Under the pieces are notes generated by a model that worked only from the letters and a program-made list of their open reading frames with translations, was not told the DNA's origin and did not search any database. 44,922 bases of DNA from assembly GCA_903923795.1 (NCBI GenBank), contig CAIXYX010000092.1, positions 1-44,922 of the forward strand, read 5' to 3'. Positions 42,080-44,922 of this stretch are shown here, piece by piece. Position 1 is the first letter of the stretch; every line of letters begins with the position of its first letter. The position numbers and the translations under genes were made by a program. Source of the stretch: an uncultured Candidatus Micrarchaeota archaeon (GTDB lineage Archaea; Micrarchaeota; Micrarchaeia; Anstonellales; Anstonellaceae).

Positions 42080-44917
42080 ATGGCAGCTGAACGCATAATC
42101 ATCAAAGGGGCACGCGAGCACAACCTCAAGAACATCAGTCTTGACATCCCCCGCGGCCAACTGACTGTTTTCACCGGCATCTCCGGTTCGGGCAAGTCCA
42201 CGCTCGCGTTCGACACGATTTACGCCGAAGGGCAAAGGCGCTATGTCGAGAGCCTGTCAGCTTACGCAAGACAATTCCTGGGCCAGATGGGCAAGCCCGA
42301 CGTGGATTCCATAGAGGGGCTTTCGCCCGCCATTTCGATTGAACAAAAAGCCGGCAGCAAGAATCCCCGCTCGACAGTCGGCACGACGACCGAAATTTAC
42401 GACTACATGAGGCTTTTGTGGGCGCGCATCGGCGAACTCTACTGCCCGAATTGCCACATACCCATAACGAGCCAGAGCATGGACTCCATCATAGACCAAA
42501 TCATGGATGCGGGCAAGGGGGCGGACGCCACCATATTCGCCCCGCTGATTCGAGGGCAGAAAGGCACATTCGAAAAACTTGTGGAAGAGCAGGGGCGCAT
42601 GGGCTTCACGCGCATAAGAATTGACGGACAGATGTTCATCATCGACAGATATGAGGCGAGCCAGATTGACAAGAACAAGAAGCATGACGTGGATTTGCTC
42701 ATTGACAGAATGAAGACGAAAAAAGAGGAGCGCGATCGGCTGGCCGAGGCCGTGCAGAACGCCGCCGAGAGGGCCGAGGGTTTGATTCGCGCCGAGATTG
42801 GCGGAACAAGCGGCAAAGAGACACTCTTCTCGCAGAAGAATGCCTGCTCGCAATGCGGCTTCTCCTTCTCCGAGATACAGCCAAGGCTTTTCTCTTTCAA
42901 TTCGCCTTTCGGCGCATGCGCGGAATGCCACGGGCTTGGCGTCAAGATGTATCCAGATCCGGATTTGGTGGTGCCCGACAAGAACAAAAGCCTCTTGGAG
43001 GGCGCCATCGCGCCGTGGAACACGCGCTTTCAGTCTTTCCGCCTGCAGCAGATTTCGGCTGTCGGCAAGCAGTTCGGCTTCGACATGACGACGCCGTTCA
43101 ACAAATTAAGCAAAAAAAATCAGGAGATTATTTTGCGAGGCAGCGGAGACGAGAAGGTGGATTTCAAATTCGAGAGCAAAAGCGGGGATTCGGTGTGGAC
43201 CAATTCGGGCTCTTTCGAGGGAGTGCTGCCGAACCTGATGCGCGCGTATATGGAGACTGATTCTGCCTCCCGGCGCGATGATTTGGAGAGGTATATGAGC
43301 GAAGAGGTCTGCCCCGCCTGCCATGGCAAGAGGCTGAAAGCCGAAGCTCTCTCGATTTTCATAAATGGCAAATCCATTATCGAAGTCACGTCGATGTCGA
43401 TAAGCGAGGCTTACGGATTTTTCTCAAACCTCAAGTTAAAGACAACAGAGAATTATATCGCGAAACCGGTGCTGAAAGAGATTAGAAATCGCCTCGACTT
43501 TCTTATCAACGTTGGGCTCAACTACCTCACGCTCGAGCGTGTGAGCGGCACTCTCTCGGGCGGGGAGGGGCAGCGCATCAGGCTCGCCACGCAGATTGGC
43601 GCGAATTTGACTGGCGTGCTATATGTGCTCGACGAACCTTCTATCGGGCTTCACCAGCGCGACAATTCGAAGCTGTTGTCGACACTAAAGGCATTGCGAG
43701 ATTTGGGAAACACGCTGATTGTTGTCGAGCATGACGAGGACACCATGCGCGCGGCTGACTATTTAGTGGACATCGGCCCCGGCGCGGGCGTGCATGGAGG
43801 AGAGGTTGTTGCTGCCGGAGAGCTGTCTGACATAATGGAGGCAAAGAAATCCCTCACCGGCGCTTATTTGCGCGGCGAGAGGAAAATCCCTCTTCCCGCC
43901 AAAAGGCGCACGCCGAAAGGCTGGCTGGTTATGCGCAATTGCACGCACAACAATTTGCAGAATATTACAGTCCGCTTCCCTCTTGGCTGCTTTGTCGGCA
44001 TAACGGGCGTGTCGGGCTCGGGCAAATCATCGCTCATTTCGGAGACTCTTCATCCTGCTCTGCGCATGCGCTTCGGCTCGGCAAAAGTTAATGTCGGCTC
44101 GCATGAATCGCTCGAAGGGCTTGACTTGATTGACGGCGTCATTGACATAGACCAGTCGCCCATTGGGCGCACGCCGCGCTCTAATCCCATCACATACATA
44201 GGGGCATTCACGCCGATTAGGGAGTTATTTGCCAAATTGCCATCCTCTCGCGCGCGGGGCTGGCAGCCGGGCCGCTTCTCGTTCAATGTGCCGGGCGGCA
44301 GATGCATGAATTGTGAGGGCGACGGGCTGATTAGAATTGAGATGCATTTCTTGCCTGATGTTTATGTGCCGTGCGACGAGTGCAAGGGCAAGAGATATGA
44401 CCGCGAGACTCTTTCCGTTCGATACAAGAACAAGAATATCGCCGACATATTGGACATGACTGTGGAGGAGGCGCTCGTCTTCTTTGCCAACATACCGAAT
44501 ATACAAAACAAACTGCAGACACTCTTTGATGTGGGCTTGGGCTATGTGAAACTTGGCCAGTCGGCCACCACTTTGTCGGGAGGCGAGGCGCAGCGCGTGA
44601 AACTTGCAGCCGAACTGTCGAAGCGGGACTCTGGCAAGACAGTCTATATCCTCGACGAGCCGACCACGGGTTTGCATTTTCATGATGTGGCAAAATTGCT
44701 CGAGGTGCTGAACAGGCTGGTGGAAAAGGGGAATACGGTCATTGTCATTGAGCACAATTTGGATGTTGTGAAGACGGCAGACCATTTGATTGATTTGGGG
44801 CCAGAGGGCGGGGATGACGGCGGCAGGATAATCGCCACTGGGACGCCCGAGGAAGTGAGCAGGAATTCGGACAGCTATACTGGACAATACCTTGGGCCGT
44901 ATCTGAAGAGGAAGTAA
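42080..44917 (+). CDS. uvrA: Excinuclease ABC subunit A
   Basis: Two ABC modules are present (GISGSGKST and GVSGSGKSS Walker A; [12 protein letters not shown] and [12 protein letters not shown] signatures). Zinc modules include CPNC, CSQCG...CAECHG, CPACHG and CMNCEG...CDECKG. The product is 945 aa. Confidence 0.95.
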   Translation: MAAERIIIKGAREHNLKNISLDIPRGQLTVFTGISGSGKSTLAFDTIYAEGQRRYVESLSAYARQFLGQMGKPDVDSIEGLSPAISIEQKAGSKNPRSTVGTTTEIYDYMRLLWARIGELYCPNCHIPITSQSMDSIIDQIMDAGKGADATIFAPLIRGQKGTFEKLVEEQGRMGFTRIRIDGQMFIIDRYEASQIDKNKKHDVDLLIDRMKTKKEERDRLAEAVQNAAERAEGLIRAEIGGTSGKETLFSQKNACSQCGFSFSEIQPRLFSFNSPFGACAECHGLGVKMYPDPDLVVPDKNKSLLEGAIAPWNTRFQSFRLQQISAVGKQFGFDMTTPFNKLSKKNQEIILRGSGDEKVDFKFESKSGDSVWTNSGSFEGVLPNLMRAYMETDSASRRDDLERYMSEEVCPACHGKRLKAEALSIFINGKSIIEVTSMSISEAYGFFSNLKLKTTENYIAKPVLKEIRNRLDFLINVGLNYLTLERVSGTLSGGEGQRIRLATQIGANLTGVLYVLDEPSIGLHQRDNSKLLSTLKALRDLGNTLIVVEHDEDTMRAADYLVDIGPGAGVHGGEVVAAGELSDIMEAKKSLTGAYLRGERKIPLPAKRRTPKGWLVMRNCTHNNLQNITVRFPLGCFVGITGVSGSGKSSLISETLHPALRMRFGSAKVNVGSHESLEGLDLIDGVIDIDQSPIGRTPRSNPITYIGAFTPIRELFAKLPSSRARGWQPGRFSFNVPGGRCMNCEGDGLIRIEMHFLPDVYVPCDECKGKRYDRETLSVRYKNKNIADILDMTVEEALVFFANIPNIQNKLQTLFDVGLGYVKLGQSATTLSGGEAQRVKLAAELSKRDSGKTVYILDEPTTGLHFHDVAKLLEVLNRLVEKGNTVIVIEHNLDVVKTADHLIDLGPEGGDDGGRIIATGTPEEVSRNSDSYTGQYLGPYLKRK

Positions 44918-44922
44918 CGCGG

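Overview
Gene-dense archaeal chromosomal window with about 45 protein genes. I found no rRNA, tRNA or CRISPR array by eye. All calls come from motif recognition in the supplied translations and from reading the DNA; no searches were run.

Archaeal identity is supported by endonuclease Q, FEN1, aMBF1, ribosomal protein S8e, KEOPS Cgi121, archaeal-type TrpRS, archaeal RibB, riboflavin synthase and CTP-dependent RibK, and one class III (pilin-type) signal peptide. Bacterial-type modules are interspersed: UvrB/UvrA, ScpA/ScpB, RibA/RibD, ThrRS and HicAB. The rest is housekeeping: a PGM/PMM-family mutase plus a nucleotidyltransferase fragment, thioredoxin, an SPFH protein, HisRS, a nitroreductase, an M50 site-2 protease and MtaD.

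Items that known families do not explain:
1. A tandem array of three paralogous, Cys- and sequon-rich surface proteins (13120-17998). Each has a lipobox-type signal peptide and a C-terminal TM anchor. A small membrane protein is interleaved, and an orphan protein and a KaiC-like protein with a Walker A Lys-to-Arg change follow.
2. A divergent gene pair (36027-39245): a protein with four winged-helix-like repeats, and a winged-helix plus long coiled-coil protein. It lies next to HicAB.
3. A conserved ~72-nt G6/G6/C6 intergenic element in two same-orientation copies (23861-23932 and 34466-34538). Each copy ends about 75 nt upstream of a plus-strand start codon, and copy 1 is bracketed by a perfect 20-bp direct repeat.
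4. A PPAT-YjjX(DUF84) fusion, a chimeric archaeal/bacterial riboflavin pathway, a TctA/DUF112-like gene frameshifted at a G4 run, and a consistent TATA-like box 22-31 nt upstream of start codons that suggests mostly leaderless mRNAs.
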